A model generated the notes under the pieces. It made no database searches and was not told the origin of the DNA. It worked only from the letters and a program-made list of their open reading frames with translations. Below, piece after piece: positions 29,073-38,728 of a stretch of 64,000 bases of DNA. Within the stretch, counting starts at the first letter, position 1; every line of letters starts with the position of its first letter. Location of the stretch: positions 1,088,001 through 1,152,000 of the forward strand of contig CP169074.1 of assembly GCA_041891055.1 (NCBI GenBank), in the 5' to 3' direction. A program made the translations under genes and the position numbers. This DNA is from Halorutilales archaeon Cl-col2-1. Its GTDB lineage: Archaea; Halobacteriota; Halobacteria; Halobacteriales; Afararchaeaceae.

Positions 29073-30569
29073 ATGGAGTTCGAAGTAAAGGAGGTCGACC
29101 TCGGAACGCGGTCACCCACGGTCATACTCAACGAGGCGGACGCCGAGGAGCTCGGGGTTCACGCGATGGATCGTCTCCAGATACGTCAGTACGAGGGAGG
29201 ACACCAGACTACGGGTATAGTCGAGGTCACGAGCGGTCTCGTAGAGAAGGGAACTCTGGGAGTAAGCAGACGTCTCAGCTACCTGTCGGGGAATGAGACG
29301 GTCGAAGTCACACTCTCACCGAAGCCTAGCTCTGTCAAGTACATAAAGAAAAAGCTCGAAGACATAGAGCTCGACTCGGCGGAGATCACATCTGTGATAC
29401 GTGACATAGACGAGAACCGACTCAACGATGTCGAGCTCGCGGCGTATGTCTGTGGAACCTTCACAAACGGGATGTCGATAGAGGAAACCATACATCTCAC
29501 CGAGGCTATGACTCAGACCGGCAAGAAGATAGACTGGGACGACGACGTCATCGCCGACAAACATTCGATAGGGGGTGTCTCAGGAAACCGCGTGACTCCC
29601 ATAATTGTACCCGTAGTCGCCGCCGCAGGGGTCAAGATCCCGAAGAACTCATCGCGCGCGATTACCTCGCCCTCGGGAACCGCGGACACAGTCGAGGTTC
29701 TGTGTGACGTCGAGTTCGGTCTCGAAGAGATAAAGGAGATAGTCAAGGAGACCAACGGCTGTATGGTCTGGGGAGGATCAGTCAACCTCTCGCCCGTCGA
29801 CGACAAGATCATACGTGTCGAGAATCCTCTCTCGATAGATCCGCCGGGACAGGTCATAGCCTCGGTTCTCTCGAAGAAGGAGAGTTCGGGGTCGAACCAC
29901 GTCGTTATAGACATACCCTATGGCGAGGGGGCGAAGGTCGAGAGTCTCGAAGGAGCAAGGGAGCTTGCCGACGACTTCAAGAGGGTTGGTAAGCATCTCA
30001 ACATAAAGCTCGACTGTACGATTACGGGAGGCTCACAGCCCATAGGACGCGGGATTGGTCCCGTGTTAGAGGCACGCGACGTCCTCAAGGTTCTCGAAGG
30101 AAAGGGTCCTGAGGATCTCAGAATAAAGAGCCTACGTATCGCCGACATACTCTTCGAGATGTCAGACACCGACGCCGACGCGCGCGAGATACTCGACTCG
30201 GGAAGAGCACTTGAGAAGTTCCGTGAGATAGTCGAGGCTCAAAACGGCGACCCCGAGGTCACTGTCGACGACCTGAGACCCGCGTCACGTAAAGCTGTCG
30301 TGAGCGCAGACAGGTCGGGGATAGTCAAACACATCGACAACAGTCTCATAAGTCAGATAGGCAGACGTGCGGGCGCACCGAAAGACAAGAGAGCCGGGAT
30401 CTATCTCGACAAGAAGGTCGGCGCGAGGGTCGACGAGGGTGACAGGCTGTTTACTATATACGCCGAGAAGGACGAGAAGCTCGAACACGCAAAGCATCTC
30501 GAAGAGACGTCTGAGTCGGAGGCTTTCAGGATCAGGAACAGGGAAGAAGCCCTCGTCGAGAGGGTCTAA
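29073..30569 (+). CDS. deoA: AMP phosphorylase
   Basis: N-terminal extra domain, DKHSIGGV.GNR, SSRAITSPSGTAD, SKK, GRGIGP, AGAP.D..AG; next to rbcL. Confidence 0.93.
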   Translation: MEFEVKEVDLGTRSPTVILNEADAEELGVHAMDRLQIRQYEGGHQTTGIVEVTSGLVEKGTLGVSRRLSYLSGNETVEVTLSPKPSSVKYIKKKLEDIELDSAEITSVIRDIDENRLNDVELAAYVCGTFTNGMSIEETIHLTEAMTQTGKKIDWDDDVIADKHSIGGVSGNRVTPIIVPVVAAAGVKIPKNSSRAITSPSGTADTVEVLCDVEFGLEEIKEIVKETNGCMVWGGSVNLSPVDDKIIRVENPLSIDPPGQVIASVLSKKESSGSNHVVIDIPYGEGAKVESLEGARELADDFKRVGKHLNIKLDCTITGGSQPIGRGIGPVLEARDVLKVLEGKGPEDLRIKSLRIADILFEMSDTDADAREILDSGRALEKFREIVEAQNGDPEVTVDDLRPASRKAVVSADRSGIVKHIDNSLISQIGRRAGAPKDKRAGIYLDKKVGARVDEGDRLFTIYAEKDEKLEHAKHLEETSESEAFRIRNREEALVERV

Positions 30570-30571
30570 GA

Positions 30572-32131
30572 CTAAGACGCCGACGACGGTTCGACGACGT
30601 ACTTCTCGCTTATAGCGGGATCGAGTAGACGGCTCACAGGGGCGCGGTCGTCGTAGAGTACAGGTGTCTCTGAGGTGTTGGCGTCGACGTCGTGGATGTA
30701 GCCTCTTATCTCGTGGCTCAGATTTACTCCGACGTCTCTGTTTCGGCTCAGACTACGTAGCTCCGACTCCGAGAGACGGTCGGATCTCTTCGTCGCTACT
30801 ATCTCGATGTTCTGAACCCTGTCAGTCTCCGAGGTTCTGAATGCGTACGTCTGTGGAAAGACAGTGTCGAATGTCCTGTACTCCGACCTGTAAAACCTCG
30901 ACGCCTCACCCTCGGGCGCTGCTATGACGTTGGCGAGCATCACTCCGTCGTCTGTGAGCTTCGACCTGACGAGAGATGAGAACTCACGTGTCGTCATCTG
31001 GAAAGGCACCTTATCCTTCCTGTAAGCGTCAACGACGATCAGGTCGTACTCCTTCTGAGTCTCGGAGAGGTAGTCGCGCCCGGGCTGGTTATAGATGTTT
31101 AGACGGTCGGACTCGTTCACGCCGAAGTAGGTCTTGGCTGTCTCTATCACAGCGGGATCTATCTCAACGACGTCGACCTCTACGTCGTCATAGGTCGAGA
31201 CGAACGCCTTCGGACCCGTGAACCCACCCCCGCCTATGAAAAGCACGCGCTTGGTGTCGTTCTGGATAAGAAGAGGGAGATGGAAGTACTTCGTGTAGCT
31301 CCAGACGTGGTGTCGGCGGCTGTCGTTAAGGTAGGTCGCGCTCTGGGGATGTCCGTCGAGGTAGAGAGTACGTACACCGTCTTCGTCGACTACGGTGAGT
31401 CTCTGGTACTCGGTCTGTGTCGAGTAGACGGTATCTCCCGAGAAACGCGTCTCGTCGACTGCGTTCCCGAGAGGTAGTCCCGCGACGACTATGAGGAGTA
31501 CGAATGCTACGGGGAGAAGACTGCCTCTGTCAGGGGGATAGACCGAGATTACTGCTGCCGCCACGAGCATCAGACCGAAGAGGACTCCTATCGCCCTTAT
31601 CGAGAGGCTCGGAATGAGTACGAAGGTCGTGAGAAACGCCCCGAGTATACTCCCGACGGTGCTGACGGCGAAGATGTCTCCCGATGCCTCGCGCGTCTCC
31701 TCCTTCGCGGTTATCTCGGTCGCTATCGGGACTATGCTTCCTAAGAGGTACGACGGAGGACCGAAGAGGACGGCTATCGCGGGGAGCGACTCGAACCTCG
31801 GGGGTAGCGGAAGAAGTTCGAAGACTGACAGGGTCGACTCTCCCGTCGCTATGACTACGGAGACGTAGACGGTCGCAAAGAGGAGTAGACGGAATATACC
31901 GTAGTACGACGCCTCGGATCTCCTGCCTCCGCGGTAGTATCCGAGGCTGAGACCCGTGAGGAAGACACCGATTATGCTTCCCCACGTGTAGATACTGCTT
32001 CCGTACTCGGGCGCGACTATTCTGCCCGCGAGGATTTCGAGACCCATAGAGACAGTACCTGCGATGAGGACGACAGCCTCTATTCTCTCGATCCGTGACC
32101 GTGATCCCGAGGCATTGAGGCGAATATCCAT
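30572..32131 (-). CDS. Membrane-fused spermidine-synthase-like SAM-binding protein
   Basis: About 7 TM N-terminus (MGLEILAGRIVAP.YGS) plus LFIGGGG, VVEIDP, IVVDAY Rossmann motifs. Confidence 0.85.
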   Translation of the reverse strand: MDIRLNASGSRSRIERIEAVVLIAGTVSMGLEILAGRIVAPEYGSSIYTWGSIIGVFLTGLSLGYYRGGRRSEASYYGIFRLLLFATVYVSVVIATGESTLSVFELLPLPPRFESLPAIAVLFGPPSYLLGSIVPIATEITAKEETREASGDIFAVSTVGSILGAFLTTFVLIPSLSIRAIGVLFGLMLVAAAVISVYPPDRGSLLPVAFVLLIVVAGLPLGNAVDETRFSGDTVYSTQTEYQRLTVVDEDGVRTLYLDGHPQSATYLNDSRRHHVWSYTKYFHLPLLIQNDTKRVLFIGGGGFTGPKAFVSTYDDVEVDVVEIDPAVIETAKTYFGVNESDRLNIYNQPGRDYLSETQKEYDLIVVDAYRKDKVPFQMTTREFSSLVRSKLTDDGVMLANVIAAPEGEASRFYRSEYRTFDTVFPQTYAFRTSETDRVQNIEIVATKRSDRLSESELRSLSRNRDVGVNLSHEIRGYIHDVDANTSETPVLYDDRAPVSRLLDPAISEKYVVEPSSAS

Positions 32132-32236
32132 GTCGTTTTCCAGGGACTTCGTCCTCGGAGCGTATAACCATGGGGATTAGAACCGAGGACAGCCGGGACA
32201 ACCTATTTATACACGAGACTCAGTATGTAGTCGAGT

Positions 32237-32674
32237 ATGAGGCGCAAACTCAAGCCGTTCAAGAGACTCGATGAGATAGCCGAGAGGCTCGACGAGGTCA
32301 CGCGTGACATAGAGAGGGACGTCGGAGAGCTTCCGAGTCCTGAGAATCTGGTGAGCCGTGTCTCGGTAGACATAGCAGACCTCGGCGGCGAGGTTCTCGT
32401 GAGAGCCGACCTGCCGGGTTTCGAGAAGGACGAGATCTCGGTACAGGCGAACGACGACACTGTGACTATCTCGGCGGAGTCAACACAGATGTCGGAGATA
32501 GACGAGGAAGACTTCCACCGAAAGGAGAGGAGAGACGAGAACCTCAAGAGGACAGTCCGTCTTCCCGCGGCGGTCGAAGCCGACGACGCAGAGGCGACGT
32601 ACGACAACGGCGTCCTCGAACTCCGTCTGCCTAAGAAGGAGGTCGAGACGGGCGAGAGTATCGAGATAGAGTAG
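32237..32674 (+). CDS. hsp20: Small heat shock protein (Hsp20/alpha-crystallin)
   Basis: ADLPGF.K..I, R.V.LP..V, A.Y.NGVL...LPK motifs. Confidence 0.95.
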   Translation: MRRKLKPFKRLDEIAERLDEVTRDIERDVGELPSPENLVSRVSVDIADLGGEVLVRADLPGFEKDEISVQANDDTVTISAESTQMSEIDEEDFHRKERRDENLKRTVRLPAAVEADDAEATYDNGVLELRLPKKEVETGESIEIE

Positions 32675-32719
32675 GTCGGGAGCCGAAACACGGAAAGGCG
32701 GTCGGAGAGTATCCTATTT

Positions 32720-33691
32720 ATGGCGACTCCGTTCGAAGACATTCCGTACGTCCCAGACAAGGACGAACTCCTCGACAAGTCTTTCTCTAAGGCGAAGAGG
32801 GCGGCGGGCTCTAACTCGGGTGTGGACGCACAGAGGAGTATGTTGATGACGTCGTCGAACATACTCCACGACAACCTTGAGTACATAGTCACGAGCTTCC
32901 CGTCTTTCGACAGGGTGGACGACTTCTACCGCGAGATAGCCGACGCAGCCGTTGGTCTCGACGAGATAAAGCAGTCGCTCGGCGCAGTAGACTGGGCGTC
33001 GACGAAGGTGAAGGAGATTGCGAACGAGACACAGAGAGAGATGTCGGGGGGCGACTACGAGGAAGCGATAGAGGCGAGGAAACGTGCCTTCGCACGTATG
33101 GACTCGGTACTCTCGAATATATCCGACGACCTAGACCGTCTCGGGGAGGCGAGGTCGATACTTACACAGGTTCCCGAGGTAGAGGATCACCCTACGGTCG
33201 TACTCGCGGGCTACCCCAACGTCGGCAAGTCGACATTCCTCGAAGACGTCACGAACGCGAAGCCGAAGATAGCCGAGTACCCGTTCACGACGAAGGGCGT
33301 CGGTATAGGACATTTCGAGCGCGACTACATACGGTACCAGATAGTCGACACCCCCGGACTCCTCGACCGTCCGATAGACGACAGAAACTCGATGGAGAAA
33401 CAAGCGGTCACAGCCCTCGAAAAGCTCGCCGACGTCGTAGTCTTCGTCCTCGACCCGAGCGAGTACTGTGGATACGAGATAGAGTCACAGGTCGATCTCC
33501 TCGACGAGATACGTGGTGGCTTCGACGTTCCCGTCGTCACCGTGGCTAACAAGACCGACCTCTACGACACTGACTCCGTCGAACTCGACGTCAGCATCGA
33601 CATATGGATGAGTCTAGAGGACGGTGAGGGGGTCGAAGAAACACTCGAAGCCGCTCTCGACGAGATCTCTTCTGAAAAACTAAAACCGTGA
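32720..33691 (+). CDS. NOG1 family GTPase
   Basis: GYPNVGKS, YPFTTK, DTPG, NKTD G-motifs with helical N-domain. Confidence 0.93.
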   Translation: MATPFEDIPYVPDKDELLDKSFSKAKRAAGSNSGVDAQRSMLMTSSNILHDNLEYIVTSFPSFDRVDDFYREIADAAVGLDEIKQSLGAVDWASTKVKEIANETQREMSGGDYEEAIEARKRAFARMDSVLSNISDDLDRLGEARSILTQVPEVEDHPTVVLAGYPNVGKSTFLEDVTNAKPKIAEYPFTTKGVGIGHFERDYIRYQIVDTPGLLDRPIDDRNSMEKQAVTALEKLADVVVFVLDPSEYCGYEIESQVDLLDEIRGGFDVPVVTVANKTDLYDTDSVELDVSIDIWMSLEDGEGVEETLEAALDEISSEKLKP

Positions 33692-33730
33692 GTCTATTAG
33701 GCGGGCATACTCTACTTCCCACGACTAAGT

Positions 33731-36700
33731 ATGCCCACGCGAACTGACCTCGACAAGGTCCTTCTCATCGGCTCAGGACCCATTGTGATTGGACAGGCGG
33801 CAGAGTTCGACTACTCGGGATCACAGGCATGTCGCGCGATACAGGAGGAGGGGATCGAAGTAGTCCTCGTCAACTCGAACCCCGCGACGATAATGACTGA
33901 CCCAGACATAGCCGACGAGGTCTACCTCGAACCTCTCGAGCCCGAGTACGTCGCTAGGATAATAGAGAAGGAAGACCCCGACGGTCTGATAGCCGGACTC
34001 GGAGGGCAGACGGGACTCAACGTCGCCGCACAGCTCGCCGATATGGACGTTTTGGAGGAGAACGACGTCGAGCTCCTCGGAACTGACCTCGAAACTATAC
34101 ATCTCGCCGAGGACAGACAGAAGTTCTACGACTTCATACAAGATATAGGCGAGAAGACGCCGCGGTCTATGACTGTGACGAGCCTCGACGAGGTCGACGA
34201 CGTCATAGACGAGTTCGGTCTTCCGGTTATCGTCCGTACGACCTACACTCTCGGAGGAAGCGGAAGCGGAGTCGTCGATACACGCGAGGAGTTAGAGGAG
34301 AAGGTCAGACGCGGTCTCAAGCTCTCGATGAACAACGAGGTAACTATTGACGAGTCGGTCGAGGGCTGGAAGGAGTTCGAGTACGAGGTCATACGTGACT
34401 CGACTGACACGTGTATAACCATCTGTAACATGGAGAACATCGACCCGATGGGTATACACACCGGGGAGTCGACCGTCGTCACTCCGTCACAGACGATAAG
34501 CGACGACGCACACCAGAGGATGCGCTCGACCGCTATAAAGGTCATACGCGAACTCGGAATAGTGGGCGGATGTAACATACAGTTCGCGTGGAGCGACGAG
34601 AAGGACGACTACACCATAGTCGAGGTCAACCCGCGTGTCTCGAGGTCGTCGGCTCTCGCGTCGAAGGCGACGGGATACCCCATAGCACGTGTGACTGCGA
34701 AGATATCGGTCGGTAAGAGTCTCGACGAGATAGAGAACGACGTCACTAAGGAGACTCCTGCCGCCTTCGAGCCGACTATAGACTACGTCGTCACTAAGAT
34801 ACCCCGTTGGCCCTTCGACAAGTTCCCCGAGGTCGACCGCACTATAGGAAGCGCGATGAAGTCGACCGGGGAGGTGATGTCGATAGGACGCACATTCGAG
34901 GAGTCGTACAAGAAGGCTCTGCGTTCGCTCGACATAGTAGAGCCCGAGTTCGAGTCGGAGGAAGAAGTCAGGAGATACCTCGAAACACCCACAGACATAC
35001 GTAACTTCGCCGTCTTAGAGGCGTTCAGGCACGACATAGACGTCGAGGAGGTCGCCGAACTCACCGGATTCGACGAGTGGTACGTCGCACGCGCGAAGAA
35101 GATAGTCGAGAAGGAGAGGGAGATAGCCGAAGAAGGCGACCAACTCACCGAAGAGACCGTGGAGGAGGCGAAGCAGATGGGATTCACCGACGACGAGATC
35201 GCCGAGAACGCCGGGGACGGTCTGACGAGAGGCGATGTCGACGAACTCAAGGGCGACGCGACCTACAAGATGGTCGACACGTGCGCCGCCGAGTTCGAGG
35301 CTGAGACGCCCTACTACTACTCGTCGTGGGAGTCGAAGAACGAGATCAAGGAGACAGAGGGCGACAAGGCTCTCATAGTCGGAGCGGGTCCGATACGTAT
35401 AGGACAGGGGGTCGAGTTCGACTACTGTACCGTCCACGCGATACAGGCACTCCGTGAGAGGGACATAGAGGCTCAGATAGTCAACAACAACCCCGAGACG
35501 GTATCGACAGACTACGACACCTCCGACAAGCTCTTCTTCGATCCCCTCACACTCGAAGACGTCGCCAACATAGTCGAGACAGAGGAGATAGACTCGGTGA
35601 TGACACAGTTCGGAGGACAGACGAGTGTCAACCTCGCCGTCCCTCTGTCGGAGGAGATAGAACGCAAGGGTCTCGACTCGGAGGTCGTCGGAACTTCACC
35701 CGACTCGATGGATCTCGCCGAGGATCGTGACCGTTTCAACTCGCTGATGGACGAGATAGGTGTTCCCCAGCCCGAGGGCGGAACGGGATACTCCGAGGAG
35801 GAGGCTCTCGAGATAGCCGACGAGATCGGCTATCCCGTCCTCGTGCGTCCGTCGTACGTCCTAGGAGGACGTGCGATGGAGATAGTCTGGGACGAACTCG
35901 AGCTCAGAGAGTACATGGAGGAAGCCGTCCGTGTCTCTCCCGACCATCCCATACTCATAGACGACTTCCTCGCCGACTCCGTAGAGCTCGATGTCGACGC
36001 CGTGAGTGACGGAGAGGACGTCCTCATAGGCGCGATAATGGAGCACATAGAGGAGGCAGGAGTCCACTCAGGTGACTCGGCGTGTGTCATACCGCCACAG
36101 AACATAGGCGAGGACGTCCTCGACAAGGCGCGCGACTACGTCCGCAGGATAGCACGCGCTCTCGACGTCGAGGGTCTTCTCAACGTCCAGATGGCTGTAC
36201 AGGACGACGAGGTCTACGTATTAGAAGCCAACCCGAGGTCGTCACGTACTATCCCCTTCGTGAGCAAGTCGGTCGGAGTCCCGATCGCGAAGATCGCCGC
36301 CGGGGTCATGATGGGAGCCTCGATAGACGACTTCGACTACGAGGACGAGCCATACGGCGAACACGTCACTGTCAAGGAGGTCGACCTGCCGTTCGACCGC
36401 CTTCCGGGTGTCTCTCCGACACTCTCGCCCGAGATGAAGTCGACGGGAGAGGTCATGGGGGTCGACTACGACTTCGGACGTGCCTTCTACAAGGCTGAAC
36501 TCGCCGCGGGCAACGCACTCCCCGACACCGGGAAGATATTCATAAGCGTGAGGGACAAGGACAAGGACGAGATAGTACCTGTGGCGAGAAAGCTCGACGA
36601 CCTCGGCTTCGACTTAGTGGCTACCGAGGGAACACAGGCACATCTCAAGCAGAACGGAATAGAGGCGGAGTTCATAGAGAAGGTACACGAGGCATCTCCC

Positions 36701-36937
36701 AACGTCGTCGACCTCATGAAACGTGACGAGATCGACCTCATAATAAACACACCCGACGAGAAGACGGCGAGGGACGACGGAGCCGACATACGACGCGCCG
36801 CAGTCGACAGGGACGTCACCTATATCACGACAGTGAGAGCCGCCGACGCCGCAGCCGACGCCATAAAGGCAGCGAGGGACGAGGAGATGTCGGTCAAGTC
36901 GATAGAGGACTACATAAACGAGTCGGAGGACGAGTAG
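33731..36937 (+). CDS. carB: Carbamoyl-phosphate synthase large subunit
   Basis: GSGPIVIGQAAEFDYSG, two ATP-grasp halves (EVNPRVSRSS, EANPRSSRT), C-terminal MGS domain. Confidence 0.98.
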   Translation: MPTRTDLDKVLLIGSGPIVIGQAAEFDYSGSQACRAIQEEGIEVVLVNSNPATIMTDPDIADEVYLEPLEPEYVARIIEKEDPDGLIAGLGGQTGLNVAAQLADMDVLEENDVELLGTDLETIHLAEDRQKFYDFIQDIGEKTPRSMTVTSLDEVDDVIDEFGLPVIVRTTYTLGGSGSGVVDTREELEEKVRRGLKLSMNNEVTIDESVEGWKEFEYEVIRDSTDTCITICNMENIDPMGIHTGESTVVTPSQTISDDAHQRMRSTAIKVIRELGIVGGCNIQFAWSDEKDDYTIVEVNPRVSRSSALASKATGYPIARVTAKISVGKSLDEIENDVTKETPAAFEPTIDYVVTKIPRWPFDKFPEVDRTIGSAMKSTGEVMSIGRTFEESYKKALRSLDIVEPEFESEEEVRRYLETPTDIRNFAVLEAFRHDIDVEEVAELTGFDEWYVARAKKIVEKEREIAEEGDQLTEETVEEAKQMGFTDDEIAENAGDGLTRGDVDELKGDATYKMVDTCAAEFEAETPYYYSSWESKNEIKETEGDKALIVGAGPIRIGQGVEFDYCTVHAIQALRERDIEAQIVNNNPETVSTDYDTSDKLFFDPLTLEDVANIVETEEIDSVMTQFGGQTSVNLAVPLSEEIERKGLDSEVVGTSPDSMDLAEDRDRFNSLMDEIGVPQPEGGTGYSEEEALEIADEIGYPVLVRPSYVLGGRAMEIVWDELELREYMEEAVRVSPDHPILIDDFLADSVELDVDAVSDGEDVLIGAIMEHIEEAGVHSGDSACVIPPQNIGEDVLDKARDYVRRIARALDVEGLLNVQMAVQDDEVYVLEANPRSSRTIPFVSKSVGVPIAKIAAGVMMGASIDDFDYEDEPYGEHVTVKEVDLPFDRLPGVSPTLSPEMKSTGEVMGVDYDFGRAFYKAELAAGNALPDTGKIFISVRDKDKDEIVPVARKLDDLGFDLVATEGTQAHLKQNGIEAEFIEKVHEASPNVVDLMKRDEIDLIINTPDEKTARDDGADIRRAAVDRDVTYITTVRAADAAADAIKAARDEEMSVKSIEDYINESEDE

Positions 36938-36950
36938 ACGGCTAACTACC

Positions 36951-36975
36951 TTTCTGTTTCAGCTTCGTATTTTTC
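36951..36975 (+). terminator. T-rich tract after carB (probable archaeal terminator)
   Basis: TTTCTGTTTC...TATTTTTC directly downstream of the carB stop. Confidence 0.45.
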
Positions 36976-36985
36976 GTGTCTTCGT

Positions 36986-37000
36986 ACCCAACTGGTTTGG
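36986..37000 (+). promoter_or_regulatory. Bat UAS-like site ACCCAACTGGTTTGG upstream of the htr-opsin operon
   Basis: 12/13 defined positions match the Halobacterium bop-regulon UAS ACCCNACTAGTTNGG; followed by TATA-like GATATATA at 37010. Confidence 0.7.
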
Positions 37001-37102
37001 CTGTGTCTTGATATATATCTGTGACGTATATAAGCCGATGCCAGCACCAGGTTCGAGACAGAGTTCTGAGCCGAGAAGGGATTCAAGGGGGGACACGAGG
37101 TA

Positions 37103-38728
37103 ATGCGAGGGTCTGAGTCTGTTCTTCCGAGTAGGCTACGGGAGAGCTACACCGCGAAGCTAACCGCGGTTCTCTTCACAGCCGTAGTGACCACGGTGGT
37201 CTTCGGTGTAGTCCTCCTCAGACAGGTCGAAGAGGGAGTCTCAGACACTACTTCGGGTGTCGTGGGTCTGATACTCCTAAACGTCGTCAACCTGGGTCTC
37301 ATAGGATCGACAATAGGGAGTAACACGGCTATATCACTCGAAGTTCTCCAGAGGAAGTCGTCGAGAATGGGTCGGGGAGACCTCGACGTCGACCTCGAAA
37401 CCGACAGACAGGACGAGATGGGAGACCTGTATGACTCGTTCTCCAAGATGAGGGACTCGCTGAGACAGAAGATAGACGAGGCGGAGCGCGAAAGGGAGAG
37501 GGCAGAGAAACAGAAGAGGATAGCCGAGGAGAGACAGGAGGAAGCCGAGGAACTCAACAGACGTCTCGCGGAACAGGCTGAGAGGTACAAGGACGTCATG
37601 AGGGACGCCGCAGACGGAGACCTCACGAGACGTGTCGACGCCGAGACACGTAACGACGCGATGAGGGAGATAGGAGAGGCTTTCAACAGCATGATGGACG
37701 GCTTAGAGGAAACTGTGGCTAAAGTAAAGGGATTCTCGGACGAGGTCTCCGACTCGACACGTGAGGTCGAGAGAGGCGCGAACGAGATACGTGAGTCGAG
37801 CGAGCAGATAAACAGTTACATACGTGAGATATCACGCGACACCGACGAACAGGACGACAAGCTACAGAACATATCGACCGAGATGAGCGACCTGTCGGCG
37901 ACTATAGAGGAGGTCGCGTCGTCGGCTGACGAGCTAGCGGGGACTTCACAGAGGATGGCTGATCTGGGTCAGGAGGGAAGAGACGCAGCCGAGATAGCCA
38001 TAGACGAGATCAACCAGGTCGAGTCTGAGACCGAGAAGACGGTCGAGGAGATAGTCAAGCTCGACGAACAGATGAAGGAGATAGAGGAGATAGTCGATGT
38101 CATCACCGACATAGCTGAGGAGACCAATCTACTCGCTCTCAACGCGAGCATAGAGGCGGCGAGGGCGGGAGAGGAAGGAGACGGCTTCGCTGTCGTCGCC
38201 GATCAGATAAAGGAGCTCGCCGAGGAGACAAAGAAGTCGGCGTCCGAGATAGAAGAGGTCATATCCGACGTACAGGATCAGACCGAGAGCACAGTGGACG
38301 ACATACGTGAGACGAGCGACAGGATAACCAAGGGTGTCGAGACAGTCGAGGACACCGTCGAATCCCTCGAAGAGATAGTCGGATACGTCGAGGAGACCAA
38401 CTCGGGAGTCCAGGAGATCCGTGACGTGACCGAGAGCCAGGCTAACTCAACACAGGAGGTCGTGTCGGTCACCGACGAGGTCTCCGAGCTCAGCAGAAAC
38501 ACAGCCGACGAGGCGAAGAAAGTCACCGACGAAGCCGAGAGCCAGACCGAGATAGTCAAGTCAGTCTCGGAGAGAGCCGAGAGACTCGCCGATGGAGCCG
38601 ACGACCTCAACGAACTCCTTGAGGGCTTCGATGTCAAATCTAAGTCTGACGTCAACGGCAATGTAACGGCGCGAGGAGTAGAGAGGTCGGATTTAGCACA
38701 CGCAGACGGAAAGGGAGGTGAGAGGTAG
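37103..38728 (+). CDS. htr2: Phototaxis transducer, HtrII-like (2 TM, 2 HAMP, MCP signalling domain)
   Basis: LPSRLRESYTAK and VNLGL..SRMGRGDLDV.LET.R.DE.GDLY..F..MR closely resemble Natronomonas HtrII; IAEETNLLALNASIEAARAGE.G.GFAVVA hairpin. Confidence 0.93.
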   Translation: MRGSESVLPSRLRESYTAKLTAVLFTAVVTTVVFGVVLLRQVEEGVSDTTSGVVGLILLNVVNLGLIGSTIGSNTAISLEVLQRKSSRMGRGDLDVDLETDRQDEMGDLYDSFSKMRDSLRQKIDEAERERERAEKQKRIAEERQEEAEELNRRLAEQAERYKDVMRDAADGDLTRRVDAETRNDAMREIGEAFNSMMDGLEETVAKVKGFSDEVSDSTREVERGANEIRESSEQINSYIREISRDTDEQDDKLQNISTEMSDLSATIEEVASSADELAGTSQRMADLGQEGRDAAEIAIDEINQVESETEKTVEEIVKLDEQMKEIEEIVDVITDIAEETNLLALNASIEAARAGEEGDGFAVVADQIKELAEETKKSASEIEEVISDVQDQTESTVDDIRETSDRITKGVETVEDTVESLEEIVGYVEETNSGVQEIRDVTESQANSTQEVVSVTDEVSELSRNTADEAKKVTDEAESQTEIVKSVSERAERLADGADDLNELLEGFDVKSKSDVNGNVTARGVERSDLAHADGKGGER

